From assembly GCA_965197475.1 (NCBI GenBank), contig CBDANF010000003.1, positions 2,944,001 through 3,008,000 on the forward strand: a DNA stretch of 64,000 nt. Reading direction: 5' to 3'. The translations under genes and the position numbers were made by a program. Each line of letters opens with the position of its first letter. Positions within the stretch are counted from its first letter, which is position 1. Below are positions 28,070 through 39,026 of this stretch, piece by piece. The notes beneath the pieces were generated by a model. The model saw only the letters and a list, made by a program, of their open reading frames with translations, was not told where the DNA came from and searched no databases. The DNA is from Candidatus Poribacteria bacterium. GTDB taxonomy: Bacteria; Poribacteria; WGA-4E; WGA-3G.

Positions 28070-30976
28070 CTACTCCGCATCTAATTCAACCTTAGACTTC
28101 TTCCCACCGTGGATACTCGGCTCTTGACACAACATTTTCCGAAGTAGATCAAGCCCTTCATGCACATCCGGACGTTCCGATTCCGTGATACCGAGTACAT
28201 CTGATAACAACAACCGATCAAGTTCATGACGCACCGAATCCTCATCCATCTGATTAAATGGTAACATCTTCTTATGTTTAAGTTGATTGAAAATCCGCTC
28301 CGCATTTGCCAATGCATCATCAGAGAGTTCTCGTACATCTAACGTAGGCATAGCATCAAAAGTGGCTCGACTCAGAACACCCCTTCCGTGCTGTTGCTTA
28401 CCGCTCTGATACCAGTGACAGAGTAAGCCAAACGTTGAGTTGCACCACAACGTCCATACATACTCATGAATTTTGTTATCAAAAAAGACATTCGGAAGTT
28501 TATTTACGCCAATAGTATCTTGTTCGGTAAACATCACTGCTAACGAATTCGCATTAAACCGTAACTCCATGTTGTAATGCACCCGACTATTGAATCTCAT
28601 TATATTCTTAACTTTTTCCGCTGAATTTAAGCGAGGCTGTGCGTGAGCATTTGGTGCAACAATCATCGCTCGTTGTACATCAGTTTCTACATGCCATAAG
28701 CATGGATACATCACAGTATCAGAGCATCCCTTTTCAATATCAAATGCCCCCCTGCCACCGCCGCCTCTTATGTCTTTGGTACCAATTCCTAACGTCGCAA
28801 TTTCTGAAACACGCCGTATAGTGAGTTGAATATCTGCAGTTTGTCGAGGGATGCGTATTAACCCTTTAGCAAGATAATGTGCAGACTGAACAACCCCCAT
28901 GTCATTAACACAAGAAAGAGGCCATCCTGCATCACTTTGAACAATAGGCACTGAGATCACATATCCAATAACCTCCTTCCCTATGCGGATCGGGTCACCG
29001 CCGCTTAGTGTATCATCATCCAATTGGCGGACATCTTTCAACTTGTGGAGACCATTTGCGATTTCCAACGCTTCTAACTCTCCATTAGGACAACGCTTGA
29101 GGCAAACAAATTTACCGCCTCCCGTATTTTTGCGTTTACCTTTCTTCGCAACAATGAGACACTCTGCCATCTCCGTATCCGCAGAAAAGGAACACTCCTC
29201 AATATTTTCATGTGCGATAGTAATGACAAGAACATCATGATACTCCGCTGCCCACAGCTTTCTTACCTTTTGCCAACTACTGCCAGTAATAGCCGTGGCA
29301 GGTAGCACAAATGCCATTGTGCCGTTAGGTCTTAGCATCCTATCGGCAAGATCGACAAAGTCAACACCCTCCCCAGGATTGTTGCCTGAAAGCCGCCGGC
29401 CTTGTGCTTTACGTGACGCTCGCATCGCCGCCGCTTCCTTTTTGTCTGCGAAAATACTCTTGGGAACGTTAGAGTTTCCATCAGCACCTGCCCGAGTATA
29501 GGGCGGATTCTGAATAACGATGTCAAATTCACTATGTCTGAAAGTATCTCTCATGTCAGTAATTTCTGTACCTTGTCCCGTGGCGGTTTCCGTTGTGTCA
29601 AGGGTCAATGGGAGCGTACCTGATGGATCACTGAGTAAGTTGAGAGCACCGATGGCATAAAGTCCGTCGGCGCGTGGCGTGCCGTAGGGCATTGTGTGAA
29701 TACGTGTGCCACCGATGCGGACATCTGGGTAGGTGCTGGCAATAATAGAGGCTGTCAGATGCGCAGCATTCGGTAGAATGTCACACCCTACAAGATTATT
29801 CTCCATCATATATTGATGGATGGTTTCCCCTTTGCCGCCTGCTTGCTCATAGAGCATCAGCAGCCTTTGATATACTCCGTTGAGGAGTGAACCGGTGCCG
29901 CAGGCGAAATCTGCAATTTTCAGTTTTTTTGGATCGCGGTTGAGTTCTGGTAACGCAAGGGCACAGAGCAGTGCAGAAGATTCGGGGCGGGTATAGTTCG
30001 CTTTAATAATTTTCCTATTGTCAATGAGTTTCTGGAACACAATTCCTGCAAGTTCATGTTCTTGTGCAAGTCCCATCTTTTCTAATTCGCGGGCGGTATC
30101 TCTTAGCACACTCAAAATCCCACCGACAAGTTTATCATCGGCGGCGAGCGTCTCTACAATATTGTAGGCAACGTTGAAAATCGGGGCATAGTTAACCTTT
30201 TGGATTTCTCGCCATGCGCGGAGGATTTCGTCTGAATCAAGTTGTCCATATTCTGCGGTGAGTTCACTGAGTGATGGCACGTTTTCTAAATCTGGTTTGC
30301 GCGCAAGGGAACTCTGAAATACAAGAGCATTGCTGATGATCAACATCGCCATCTGCGTTGTTTGGTCGCCTGGTTCCTGGACAAGGAGTTCACCTATTTT
30401 TTTGCCAATGTGGGGTCGGTGTTCAATTGCGCTATTGACGATAACAGCAGCACGATGGATGCCGTTTTCCAGCACTTTGGCTGCTTGTTCAATTTTGGTG
30501 ATGGGTGTAGCACCAATGCGAATTGCGGTTGCGATGTCGGCGATACTGCCGTGAAGCCACCCTTTTTTCGGGAATCGCTGTGGATCATCAAGATTAAGAA
30601 GGAGATACGCGAAGTCTTTTGAGACTTCAAGGTTTTCACTAATCTCGTCGCGTGGCATTGAGCGGAATCTGTGTGGGATGCGGATTACCATTGCACTGGT
30701 AAGTTTCTCCTGTGTCATCGCGAGTGTCTTACCTAAGTACTGTTCACGTGCCTGCTTTTCGCCTGTTTCATTGGGACCGCGCTTGTAGTCAATTTTTACC
30801 TCAACTCCCATTGGGTAACGTTCGACTGTGCGGATAATCGCATCGGGTTTCTTTTGATTTTCGACAAGTGGTTGCGTTGTCTGCTCGTAAATTTTCCATG
30901 TGGCACTCATCGGCATCAAAATTTCGACGAGTAGGGTGGTAATAGTGTTTTCGCTATTAGTATATTGGTGGTTCAT
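28070..30976 (-). CDS. Type IIG-like restriction-modification fusion / N6-adenine methyltransferase
   Basis: N-terminal PD...VEVK nuclease-like motif, motif I DFACGTGSLL, motif IV NPPY, AFVLP and a C-terminal TRD-like region. Confidence 0.8.
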   Translation of the reverse strand: MNHQYTNSENTITTLLVEILMPMSATWKIYEQTTQPLVENQKKPDAIIRTVERYPMGVEVKIDYKRGPNETGEKQAREQYLGKTLAMTQEKLTSAMVIRIPHRFRSMPRDEISENLEVSKDFAYLLLNLDDPQRFPKKGWLHGSIADIATAIRIGATPITKIEQAAKVLENGIHRAAVIVNSAIEHRPHIGKKIGELLVQEPGDQTTQMAMLIISNALVFQSSLARKPDLENVPSLSELTAEYGQLDSDEILRAWREIQKVNYAPIFNVAYNIVETLAADDKLVGGILSVLRDTARELEKMGLAQEHELAGIVFQKLIDNRKIIKANYTRPESSALLCALALPELNRDPKKLKIADFACGTGSLLNGVYQRLLMLYEQAGGKGETIHQYMMENNLVGCDILPNAAHLTASIIASTYPDVRIGGTRIHTMPYGTPRADGLYAIGALNLLSDPSGTLPLTLDTTETATGQGTEITDMRDTFRHSEFDIVIQNPPYTRAGADGNSNVPKSIFADKKEAAAMRASRKAQGRRLSGNNPGEGVDFVDLADRMLRPNGTMAFVLPATAITGSSWQKVRKLWAAEYHDVLVITIAHENIEECSFSADTEMAECLIVAKKGKRKNTGGGKFVCLKRCPNGELEALEIANGLHKLKDVRQLDDDTLSGGDPIRIGKEVIGYVISVPIVQSDAGWPLSCVNDMGVVQSAHYLAKGLIRIPRQTADIQLTIRRVSEIATLGIGTKDIRGGGGRGAFDIEKGCSDTVMYPCLWHVETDVQRAMIVAPNAHAQPRLNSAEKVKNIMRFNSRVHYNMELRFNANSLAVMFTEQDTIGVNKLPNVFFDNKIHEYVWTLWCNSTFGLLCHWYQSGKQQHGRGVLSRATFDAMPTLDVRELSDDALANAERIFNQLKHKKMLPFNQMDEDSVRHELDRLLLSDVLGITESERPDVHEGLDLLRKMLCQEPSIHGGKKSKVELDAE

Positions 30977-31092
30977 GCTTTTCCTTAACTTTGGTTATGA
31001 GATCGCTTTTATTTGATTTCATTATAGCACGTTGGTAAATAGGTGTCAATTGAGAATTGACATGTTTCAGATTATGAAGTATACTCAATTAC

Positions 31093-31737
31093 ATGAAGTC
31101 AAAAACACAACGCGAACGCGGCATCATAGTCGGAATAACAGGCGGCATTGCCTGCGGAAAAACAACCGTCTCTGAACTTCTGGCAGAAAAAGGTGCAATT
31201 CCGATTAACGCCGACGAAATCGGACATCAACTCCTCAAAGCAGATAGTCCCGTTATTGGTGAACTTGTTGACACATTTGGACAGGAAATCCTTGAAGAAT
31301 CAGGGGATGTCAACAGGAAAAAATTGGGCGCAATCGTTTTCAAAGACAAAACAGTGCGTGAGCGATTGAATGCCATTCTACATCCGTTAATTATCCAACG
31401 TTCCCGCACTCGCGCCCACAAATTTGTGATGGAAGACCCATCATGCGTTGTGCTACTTGACGCACCGCTCCTAATTGAAGCTGGGGCTTACGATTCTGTC
31501 GATCTGATAGTCGTTGTAACTGCCTCGCCAGAAACGCAATTGCAACGGACATTAGAACGTAGCAGAGCACAGAACCGTCCACTCACCGAAAGCGAAGCAC
31601 AAGCACGTATCAACTCACAGATGCCAGTGTCAGAAAAGGTTAAATATGCAGATGTTGTTATAGAGAATGACGGAACACTTGAAGAACTAAATAGACAGGT
31701 TGAAGAACTGTGGCAGCAACTTCAGACACGTTTATGA
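31093..31737 (+). CDS. coaE: Dephospho-CoA kinase
   Basis: GITGGIACGKTTV, NAD.IGH, LN.ILHPLI, DAPLLIE and SQMP motifs. Confidence 0.95.
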   Translation: MKSKTQRERGIIVGITGGIACGKTTVSELLAEKGAIPINADEIGHQLLKADSPVIGELVDTFGQEILEESGDVNRKKLGAIVFKDKTVRERLNAILHPLIIQRSRTRAHKFVMEDPSCVVLLDAPLLIEAGAYDSVDLIVVVTASPETQLQRTLERSRAQNRPLTESEAQARINSQMPVSEKVKYADVVIENDGTLEELNRQVEELWQQLQTRL

Positions 31738-32826
31738 ATCGTGCCAAAGCAGATTGATAGCATTTGCCTTGATAACGCAGTAGACTTCCTTTCCCTCACA
31801 TAATTGGAGTTGTTCACACGCTTCATGCGTAATTTTCACTGAAAGGCGATGCGTTTCAACCAGAATAGACAACACTGTTTTATCTCCGACAACATCAACC
31901 TGATCAATCGTTCCCTTCAACATGTTACGCGCGCTGATTGGCAGATTGGGTTCAAGCGAAACGATAATATCTTCTGCCCGAATGGCGATTGGGACTTCTT
32001 TTCCGATCTCCGTATCTATGTAAGGGATAACGAGGCACTGAGACCCTATTTCTAATTCAGTTATACCTCTATGTTTATCTGAATTTGCAACGGGTAAAGA
32101 CAATATGTTTTCTACACCTGTCAAGTTTGCAATCGGTAAAGCAGAAGGCGCAGTTAGCAGTTGATAAGGTTCTCCACTTGCTGTAATCTTTCCATCAGAA
32201 AGTAAAAAAGCCTCATCAGCGAGTGCCATCGCTTCTGATATAGCATGAGTTACGTAAAGTATAGGTATCTCATAAGCGTTCTTAATGTGATGCAGATACG
32301 GAATAATTCGACTTTTCAATCCACCGTCAAGCGAAGCAAGTGGTTCATCCATGAGAAGTAGGCGGGGCTCCATAGCAAGCGCACGTGCAATTGCAACCCG
32401 TTGACGCTGTCCGCCAGAGAGTTGTTTTGGATATCGTTCAAGCAGCTCCGATATTTCGAGAATGTCAAGCACTCGGGAAATGCTTTTCAGATTTTTGCGC
32501 ATGTTTCGTGGCTGCCCGTAACGGATGTTCTGGGCAACGGTGAGATGCGGAAAAAGATATCCCTCTTGAAACACATAGCCGAAACGACGTTTTTCTGGCG
32601 GCACATTAACTCTTGGATCAGAGGTGTAAAGTGCTTCATCTCTGAATACAATCTCACCATCGTCAGGACACAGCGTTCCGCTGATGCAGTTGAGGAGCGT
32701 ACTTTTTCCACTGCCAGACGCACCTAAAAAAGCGGTAACCTTCTTTTCAAGCGTGCAATTGAGTTCTAACGTAAAACTACCGAGGCGTTTACGAAAGTTG
32801 AGTGAGATTTTGGTGTTATCTGTCAT
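31732..32826 (-). CDS. modC: Molybdate ABC transporter ATP-binding protein
   Basis: GASGSGKS, LSGGQRQR, MDEPLASLD, C-terminal TOBE (SARN.L.G); in the modAB cluster. Confidence 0.92.
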   Translation of the reverse strand: MTDNTKISLNFRKRLGSFTLELNCTLEKKVTAFLGASGSGKSTLLNCISGTLCPDDGEIVFRDEALYTSDPRVNVPPEKRRFGYVFQEGYLFPHLTVAQNIRYGQPRNMRKNLKSISRVLDILEISELLERYPKQLSGGQRQRVAIARALAMEPRLLLMDEPLASLDGGLKSRIIPYLHHIKNAYEIPILYVTHAISEAMALADEAFLLSDGKITASGEPYQLLTAPSALPIANLTGVENILSLPVANSDKHRGITELEIGSQCLVIPYIDTEIGKEVPIAIRAEDIIVSLEPNLPISARNMLKGTIDQVDVVGDKTVLSILVETHRLSVKITHEACEQLQLCEGKEVYCVIKANAINLLWHDS

Positions 32827-32909
32827 AGCGTTTTTGAACATTCCATTATGTCGTTTGCCACTCCAATACAAACCGATAAGTTTTCTGAATTAAAGTTGCT
32901 TTAAACGTT

Positions 32910-33233
32910 TTATTCAAATCCGCCGCCATCAAAGCCATCGCCGCCATCAAAACCGCCACCGTCGAATCCGCCATCATTTCCACCATCAAATCCTCCGGAA
33001 TCTGTATCAGCAGACAAGTCACCTTGGTCGTCATTATCTAACATTTCACCTAAGACAATACCAGTTAAAAGCATATCTTCTACATCATCACCAGTATCAA
33101 GACTATCAGCATGATCATCACGCTGCCGTTTTCGCCTTTGTGATCGATCGTTTTTTGAACGCCGAGCCAAATTCCAGATGAGCAGCAGTAATATGCCACC
33201 ACCAATTAAAATTAATAGTATTTCCAGAGTCAT
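32910..33233 (-). CDS. Single-TM protein with acidic and GGFDGG-repeat tail
   Basis: N-terminal hydrophobic helix, basic patch, D/G-rich C-terminus; GGAG RBS. Confidence 0.65.
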   Translation of the reverse strand: MTLEILLILIGGGILLLLIWNLARRSKNDRSQRRKRQRDDHADSLDTGDDVEDMLLTGIVLGEMLDNDDQGDLSADTDSGGFDGGNDGGFDGGGFDGGDGFDGGGFE

Positions 33234-33326
33234 AATTTATTCTCCGTTATGTGTATAAAAATATAGACATTTTTCGCCTTAACTACTGAAGTTTATATCG
33301 GGAAAATTCAAGGCGATGATCGAGAA

Positions 33327-33998
33327 CTAATCATACCTTAGGGTGAAACGTTCTGTTAACCAAATCGCAACAAATGCAAGCACAGTTGAAATAAACACCA
33401 ACCGATAGACCGTTGCGTCTGCTCCTTGTTGTACAGCACTAAAGATTGACAAAGCCATCGTCTGCGTTTTACCGGGGATATTTCCGGCTACCATGATGGT
33501 AGCCCCAAACTCACCGAGGCTTTTCGAAAAACCGAGAATTGTTCCCCCAATAATTCCACGATATGCGAGCGGAAATGTAATCGTCCAGAAGACCTTAAAT
33601 GGTGATGCACCAAGTGTTCGGGCAGCATTTTCAAGTTCAGATGGCACAGATGCCATTCCAGTTATGATACCCCGTACCAATAAAGGAAACGAGATAATCG
33701 AAACGGCAATTACAACAGCGAAAGGTGAAAAAACGAGCTCTAAATTGAAGACGTTAAATAAAAATCCTCCAATGAGTCCGTTTTTACTAAAGAGAATAAG
33801 GAGCAAATACCCACTCACCACAGGCGGTAGCACCAATGGTAACATGACGAACGTATTGAGGATACTTTTACCAGGAAATTTCCGTTTTGCAAGTAGCCAA
33901 CCCACCAACAGTCCTGGCGGAAACATTACGATCAGACTCAACAACGCAACTTTTATAGATAGAATAAGGGCGGTGATTTCGGCGGGTGTTATCCTCAT
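33327..33998 (-). CDS. modB: Molybdate ABC transporter permease
   Basis: LPLVLPPVVSGY, ENAARTLGAS and SLGEFGATIMVAGNIPGKTQT motifs. Confidence 0.95.
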   Translation of the reverse strand: MRITPAEITALILSIKVALLSLIVMFPPGLLVGWLLAKRKFPGKSILNTFVMLPLVLPPVVSGYLLLILFSKNGLIGGFLFNVFNLELVFSPFAVVIAVSIISFPLLVRGIITGMASVPSELENAARTLGASPFKVFWTITFPLAYRGIIGGTILGFSKSLGEFGATIMVAGNIPGKTQTMALSIFSAVQQGADATVYRLVFISTVLAFVAIWLTERFTLRYD

Positions 33999-34840
33999 TG
34001 TAATGTGTCAGGCGCACTCTGTTGTGCCGAAGTAGATGATAGGCAGGTAAATCCGTGCTTTTCAAATATCTCGGTAGCACGGTGTTTTTTCAGATACGCG
34101 ATAAACTGTTGTGCTAAATGTTTCTGATCGCTGTCCTTTAGAACAACAGCAGGATAGACTATAGATGTATGCACATCAGCCGGAAATCGGTAAAGAACTT
34201 TGACCTCATTACTAACTGTGGTATCAGTTTCATATACAACCGCCAGGTCTACATTTCCTGTGGAAACATAGGCGAGCGTCGCACGTACGTCAGTTCCAAA
34301 GATTAACTTTGGTTGTAACTTATTCCACAAGTCAAAATGAATTAAAGCCTCTTTCACATACGTGCCAGCAGGTACAATTTCCGGCTGTCCAATTGCAATT
34401 CTCGAAACAGCAGCATCGCAAAGCTTATCAACAGTTTCCACGGATAAAGCTGAGTTTTTATGAGAAACAAGGACTAACCGATTCGCTAAAATATCGGATC
34501 TACTTCTATCTTCAAGTAAGCCGAGGGTTTCAAGGGCATCAACCTGTATTGGACTCGCAGAAATGAAGATATCTGCTGATGCACCTTTTTCAATTTGACG
34601 TTGTAGGATTAAAGAAGCAGCGAAATTGTAATAGACCCTAACATTGTTTTTTGCCGAAAACTGCTCCCCGATTTCAGTGAGAGCATTTGTTAAACTCATC
34701 GCAGCAAATACGTCTAATTCGCTACGTTTCTGTTTATCTGTTGCGCATCCCAAAAACCCAACGCCAATAAGTAGAATAACGAGTAGATTACAGACTATCC
34801 CAATCCAACGCATGAATTTCCAACTCAAAGCAGATTTCAT
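33995..34840 (-). CDS. modA: Molybdate ABC transporter substrate-binding lipoprotein
   Basis: Lipobox FLGC; FAAMSL, QIEKGA.ADIFISA, VPAGTY, DVRATL and VYETD motifs. Confidence 0.93.
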   Translation of the reverse strand: MKSALSWKFMRWIGIVCNLLVILLIGVGFLGCATDKQKRSELDVFAAMSLTNALTEIGEQFSAKNNVRVYYNFAASLILQRQIEKGASADIFISASPIQVDALETLGLLEDRSRSDILANRLVLVSHKNSALSVETVDKLCDAAVSRIAIGQPEIVPAGTYVKEALIHFDLWNKLQPKLIFGTDVRATLAYVSTGNVDLAVVYETDTTVSNEVKVLYRFPADVHTSIVYPAVVLKDSDQKHLAQQFIAYLKKHRATEIFEKHGFTCLSSTSAQQSAPDTLQ

Positions 34841-34982
34841 TCCAAAGAGTATAGCAGATATAGTAGGGTGTGTAAAGTTTTTGTACAAATATGAATTGAA
34901 GAGATGTTACGAGGTATGCCGAAAAATAGTATCCTTTCCTAAAACTACCATTTATTAGAGAGGATACCAATGTTTAATATAT

Positions 34983-35990
34983 TATGAACTCATAGCGAGT
35001 AAGAGCTAAGCATCGTTGAAAGTTCTCCGAAAGTTTATCATTGAATATGCTAAATTACGAAAACCTAAACGGGTTTCTTTGAGTTTATCATAACTAAGGG
35101 CGAGTTTCCGATAAGTCCCTTGCCAACCCAAGGTTCGCTCCACTTTATATCGGTCTTTGTCCATTTCTTTGTTAAACCACCGGAACGGACGGGCAATTAC
35201 AATAGGTTCTTTGGCATTCCGCCGGTTCGGATAGATCACCGGGAGCAGCCCGTGTTGTTTGATAATCTTATGATTCTTTTTGGAATCAAAACCGGAGTCC
35301 AGTGTTAGAGCAGAAGCATTGAGGTCCATTCCAATACGATTAGCAAAGGCGATAAGATCGGTGAGTGTTTCGGGCAAAATCTTTGTATGATGTTGGTTGA
35401 CAGGTTTGATGGTTATCGGGCTGATGATGAACCCCTGATTGTCAGTGATGGTCAACTCTTTTTCACCTTTTTGATGTTTGTGGCCTGAATAACCGATGTT
35501 GTCACTCCTTTTTTCACGACGGTATTTGACCCATCTCCATGAGTTGAGAGGTGTCAAGTTAGTCGGTGTCAAACAGGTGTATCACTGATGCCTCAAAAAG
35601 TTTCTGATACGAGCCATCTTTTGACCACTGATTATGCCATTTATAGATATTAGACCAATGGAGTTCAGGATGCCGGGTTCGGAGTTGATCCCATTGAATA
35701 CCCGTATGTAAAACATAGAGGATATAGTTGAATATCTTGTCCAAGGAGAGTTTCGGTTTCGGGCTTTTGACTCGTTTCGCTAAATGTGGTAAGATATAAC
35801 GATTGAAATCTTTACGGGAAACCTGTTTGGGAATACAGTTGTATTTTGGTGATTTTTGAGCCTCGTTTGCCATAATAACACCTTTCATAAAGTAAAGCGG
35901 TATCTGAAGTGGAAAGAATGGGACATAAATTATACCCTTTTCTTTCCCTATTTTACCACATCCTTATGTTTTACTCAATATGACTTCATA
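34983..35990 (-). mobile_element. Decayed IS5-family element
   Basis: Imperfect 22-bp TIRs TATGAACTCATAGCGAGTAAGA / rc TATGAAGTCATATTGAGTAAAA. Transposase split into 35559-35888 and 35006-35572 (LTLDSGFDS, RYKVERT.GW), with an internal TAA and an AAAAAAG slippery-type site. Confidence 0.8.
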
Positions 35991-36065
35991 CGAAAATATT
36001 GGTTTGATGTCAAGAAAAATGGAAGTTAGATATCTGGGTAAACTACAAACCTTGCCCTAATATGT

Positions 36066-36660
36066 TCATTCCCTAAAGGTTTTACTCAGTGAATGTGACG
36101 CGCTCGTATATTTCCTGCAAAGGCAATTCGCACTGAATTGCGGTAAGCGGAAGTTGCTGCTCAAGTTCTTGAAAAAAGGTATAAGTCCATTCATCCTGTT
36201 TGCGGAGGTAGCGTTCACCCTGTCCTGGGAAACAAGGATGTATTCTTTCAAGGATTGGAGCTGTAGATAATGTGATAATTTTTCACCTCTGTCATACGTT
36301 TCGGTTGTGGGAGAGAGCACCTCTACGATGACAATTGGGTTGAGAAGCGTGTCAAACTCATCATCTTCAAAGCGGGGTTCCTCACAGACAACAATATCAG
36401 GATAAAAGTAGCACTTTGCCGAGGGAATACTGACACGCATTTCGTTCATTAGGACTTCACACTTGCTACTTTTCAGTTTGCCGTGGAGTTCAGCAGCAAT
36501 ATTACCTGTAATAAGATTGTGTGCACGGTTAGAGCCGCCCATTCCAATTACTTTACCATTGAGATATTCACTTCTGACTGTGTTAGCGTCAGGGATTGCT
36601 TTACGTTCTAAAGTGATATTCTTCTGGTGTGAGGTATGTTTGTGCTGCCCTTGTTGCCAT
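36066..36660 (-). pseudogene. Uma2-family (DUF820) endonuclease, frameshifted
   Basis: MATRAAQTYLTPEEY start is out of frame with SEYLNG...YPDIVV...VEVLSPTTETYDRGEK...EYILVSQD; the 3' end is also disrupted. Confidence 0.75.
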
Positions 36661-36736
36661 GATTTCCTCCGCATATTTACTGATAATTCTATTATAGCGG
36701 AACTACGCGGGATGTCAAGATTTTATGTGGAGTTCG

Positions 36737-37863
36737 CTAATCTCTAAAGAGATTCAGGTATTTCTCAAGGACAAAGAGACGATTTCGGGAATGTCCTGTG
36801 ATTTCCTTTAGTATGTCAAGTTCTGTCAAGGATTTTAGTAGGCGATTAGCACTTGAGAAATCCATATCTAATCTATTTCCAACCGATCTCACGTTAGCAA
36901 TTGGTTTAGCGTACATAAGGTGAAGTAGTTTGTGTGCATTTTTTGCCCGAGAACCTAAAGTTAGTATTTTTGCTTCATATTCTTCCCTGAGTGCAATAAT
37001 CGCCTTGAATGTTTCAAGTCCATGCTGAGCAGTTTCAGCGATTCCATTTAGGAAAAATATAATCCATTGCTCTAAATCATTTGATGAGCGAACCGTAGTG
37101 AGCGATTCATAGTATGAATCTCTATTTTTCTCAAAAAAGGTGGACATGTAGAGTACCGGTTTCCTCAGTATATTTGCACTAATGAGTTGCAAGATAATTA
37201 ACAACCTTCCGCATCTGCCGTTTCCATCAAGGAAAGGGTGAATGGTTTCAAACTGATAATGTGTTATAGCGATTTTAATCAGTTCTGGTATATGTAAGGA
37301 TTTATTGTGCATAAATTTTTCTAGATCACTTAAGAGATCCGGTAGTTTTGCAGCAGAAGGTGGTACAAAAATTGCGTCAGCGAGCGATGAACCACCAATC
37401 CGATTCTGACCTTTACGAATTTCCCCGGGCCCCCTATTTTTTCCACGAACACCAGAGAGTAGTATTTTATGAGTTTCCTTGAGAAGTCGCATTGAAAGTG
37501 GGATTTTTGGAAGTTCAGCTATCGCAAAATTCATGGCTCCAACATAGTTTTGGACTTCTTCCCAATCATCCCGTCTTTCCGGATCAATTTCTTCTTGAGG
37601 TAAAACAACTTCATCAAGTTCAGTTTTGGTGCCTTCAATTCTAGTAGAGTCTCTTGCTTCTTTTAGAACATTCATTTTGATGAAAAAATCGACATCCGGT
37701 ACAAAATCTGCATAGGCGTTGAGTTCCCTAAAAGTCTCCCCGCATGTTCTAAAAGAACATCTATCTGAGGGTTTTCCCAAGCAATATAACGGTTTACTGA
37801 GAAAGGTGTAAAACTTTTATATCCTCCTTGCTGCTTATATGTGCCCGCTATAAAGTTTTTCAT
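36737..37863 (-). CDS. Fic-family protein with C-terminal HTH (split by a 1-nt frameshift at ~37726)
   Basis: [12 protein letters not shown] Fic motif and STRIEGT. N-terminus [16 protein letters not shown] in ORF 37672-37929 joins at a G-run. Confidence 0.85.
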
Positions 37864-37882
37864 ACTATGTTTTATCCTATTT

Positions 37883-37950
37883 TTGACAATACAGAATTCC
37901 ATATTATCATTTTTTTGTATTTTTGACAATATAAAATTCTAAATTGTCAA
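37883..37950. promoter_or_regulatory. Two tandem palindromic operator-like sites upstream of fic
   Basis: TTGACAAT-N12-ATTATCAT (37883-37910) and TTGACAAT-N12-ATTGTCAA (37923-37950), 40 bp apart. Confidence 0.55.
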
Positions 37951-37984
37951 TCAGTGCAAATATACCGATTTTGAAAGCACGTTT

Positions 37985-38974
37985 TTACGACGAAGAGAGA
38001 TTTATGGTGTTGCGGACTTCGGTGATAATAGCATCCGGTTTAATACTCTCACCTTGTCCCTCAAAGTTGAGAAGAATGCGGTGACGGAGGGCAGGAAGAA
38101 GGACAGCGTCGATATCCGCGTAAGCAACGTTATAACGTTCATCAAGAAGTGCCTTGATTTTTGCGGTGAGGGTTATCGCTTGGATGCTACGGATACCCGC
38201 ACCAAGATGCACATAACGTTTGACAATCTCAGGTGCATCCGGCGAATCTGGATGCGTAGCACGAACAAGTCGGATGATGTGTCGTTCCACATGTTCTGCG
38301 ATGATAACCTGCGGGACAAGCTGCCGCATCTGGTTAAGTGTTTCGGCATCCGTGACTTTGTCAATTGTGATATTTGCGCCAGATGTAGTGCGCCGCAAAA
38401 TCTGGACTATCTCATCCTCATCAGGGAATTCTATGAGAAGTTTGAATAAAAACCTATCAAGTTGTGCCTCTGGAAGCGGGTATGTACCCTCCATCTCAAG
38501 CGGGTTTTGCGTGGCGAGAACACAAAAAGGCTCTTCTAATTTATGACTTGTCCGCCCAACCGTAACAGTGTGGTCCTGCATTGCTTCAAGAAGTGCTGAT
38601 TGGGTGCGCGGTGTCGCCCGATTAATCTCATCAGCGAGGATAAGTTGTGCGAAAATCGGACCTTGCTGAAATTCAAACTGCTTTCTGCCCTGTTCATCTT
38701 CAATGAGAAAGGTTGTACCGGTGATATCAGACGGCATCATATCCGGTGTGAAATGGATCGGTTTGAAAGTAAGGTTAAGTGCTTCGCTGAGTGTCCGGAT
38801 AAGTTGAGTTTTGCCTAAACCGGGTATACCTTCAAGCAGCGCGTGTCCATTCGCAAGTAGACAAAGAAGAACGCCTTCAACGATCGCATCTTGGCCGACA
38901 ATACGTTTTTGGATTTCAGTCTTGACGCGATAGAATGTCTCACGAAATTCTTGGATTTGGGTTTCTATATTCAT
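37985..38974 (-). CDS. MoxR-family AAA+ ATPase
   Basis: LLEGIPGLGKT, FTPDMMPSD, LADEINRATPRTQSALLEAM and ATQNPLEMEGTYPLPEAQLDRF motifs. Confidence 0.93.
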   Translation of the reverse strand: MNIETQIQEFRETFYRVKTEIQKRIVGQDAIVEGVLLCLLANGHALLEGIPGLGKTQLIRTLSEALNLTFKPIHFTPDMMPSDITGTTFLIEDEQGRKQFEFQQGPIFAQLILADEINRATPRTQSALLEAMQDHTVTVGRTSHKLEEPFCVLATQNPLEMEGTYPLPEAQLDRFLFKLLIEFPDEDEIVQILRRTTSGANITIDKVTDAETLNQMRQLVPQVIIAEHVERHIIRLVRATHPDSPDAPEIVKRYVHLGAGIRSIQAITLTAKIKALLDERYNVAYADIDAVLLPALRHRILLNFEGQGESIKPDAIITEVRNTINLSSS

Positions 38975-39026
38975 ATTTTTGGGTTCATATTTTGGCACGC
39001 CTACTGTTAATGTCTGCTCACAAAAT

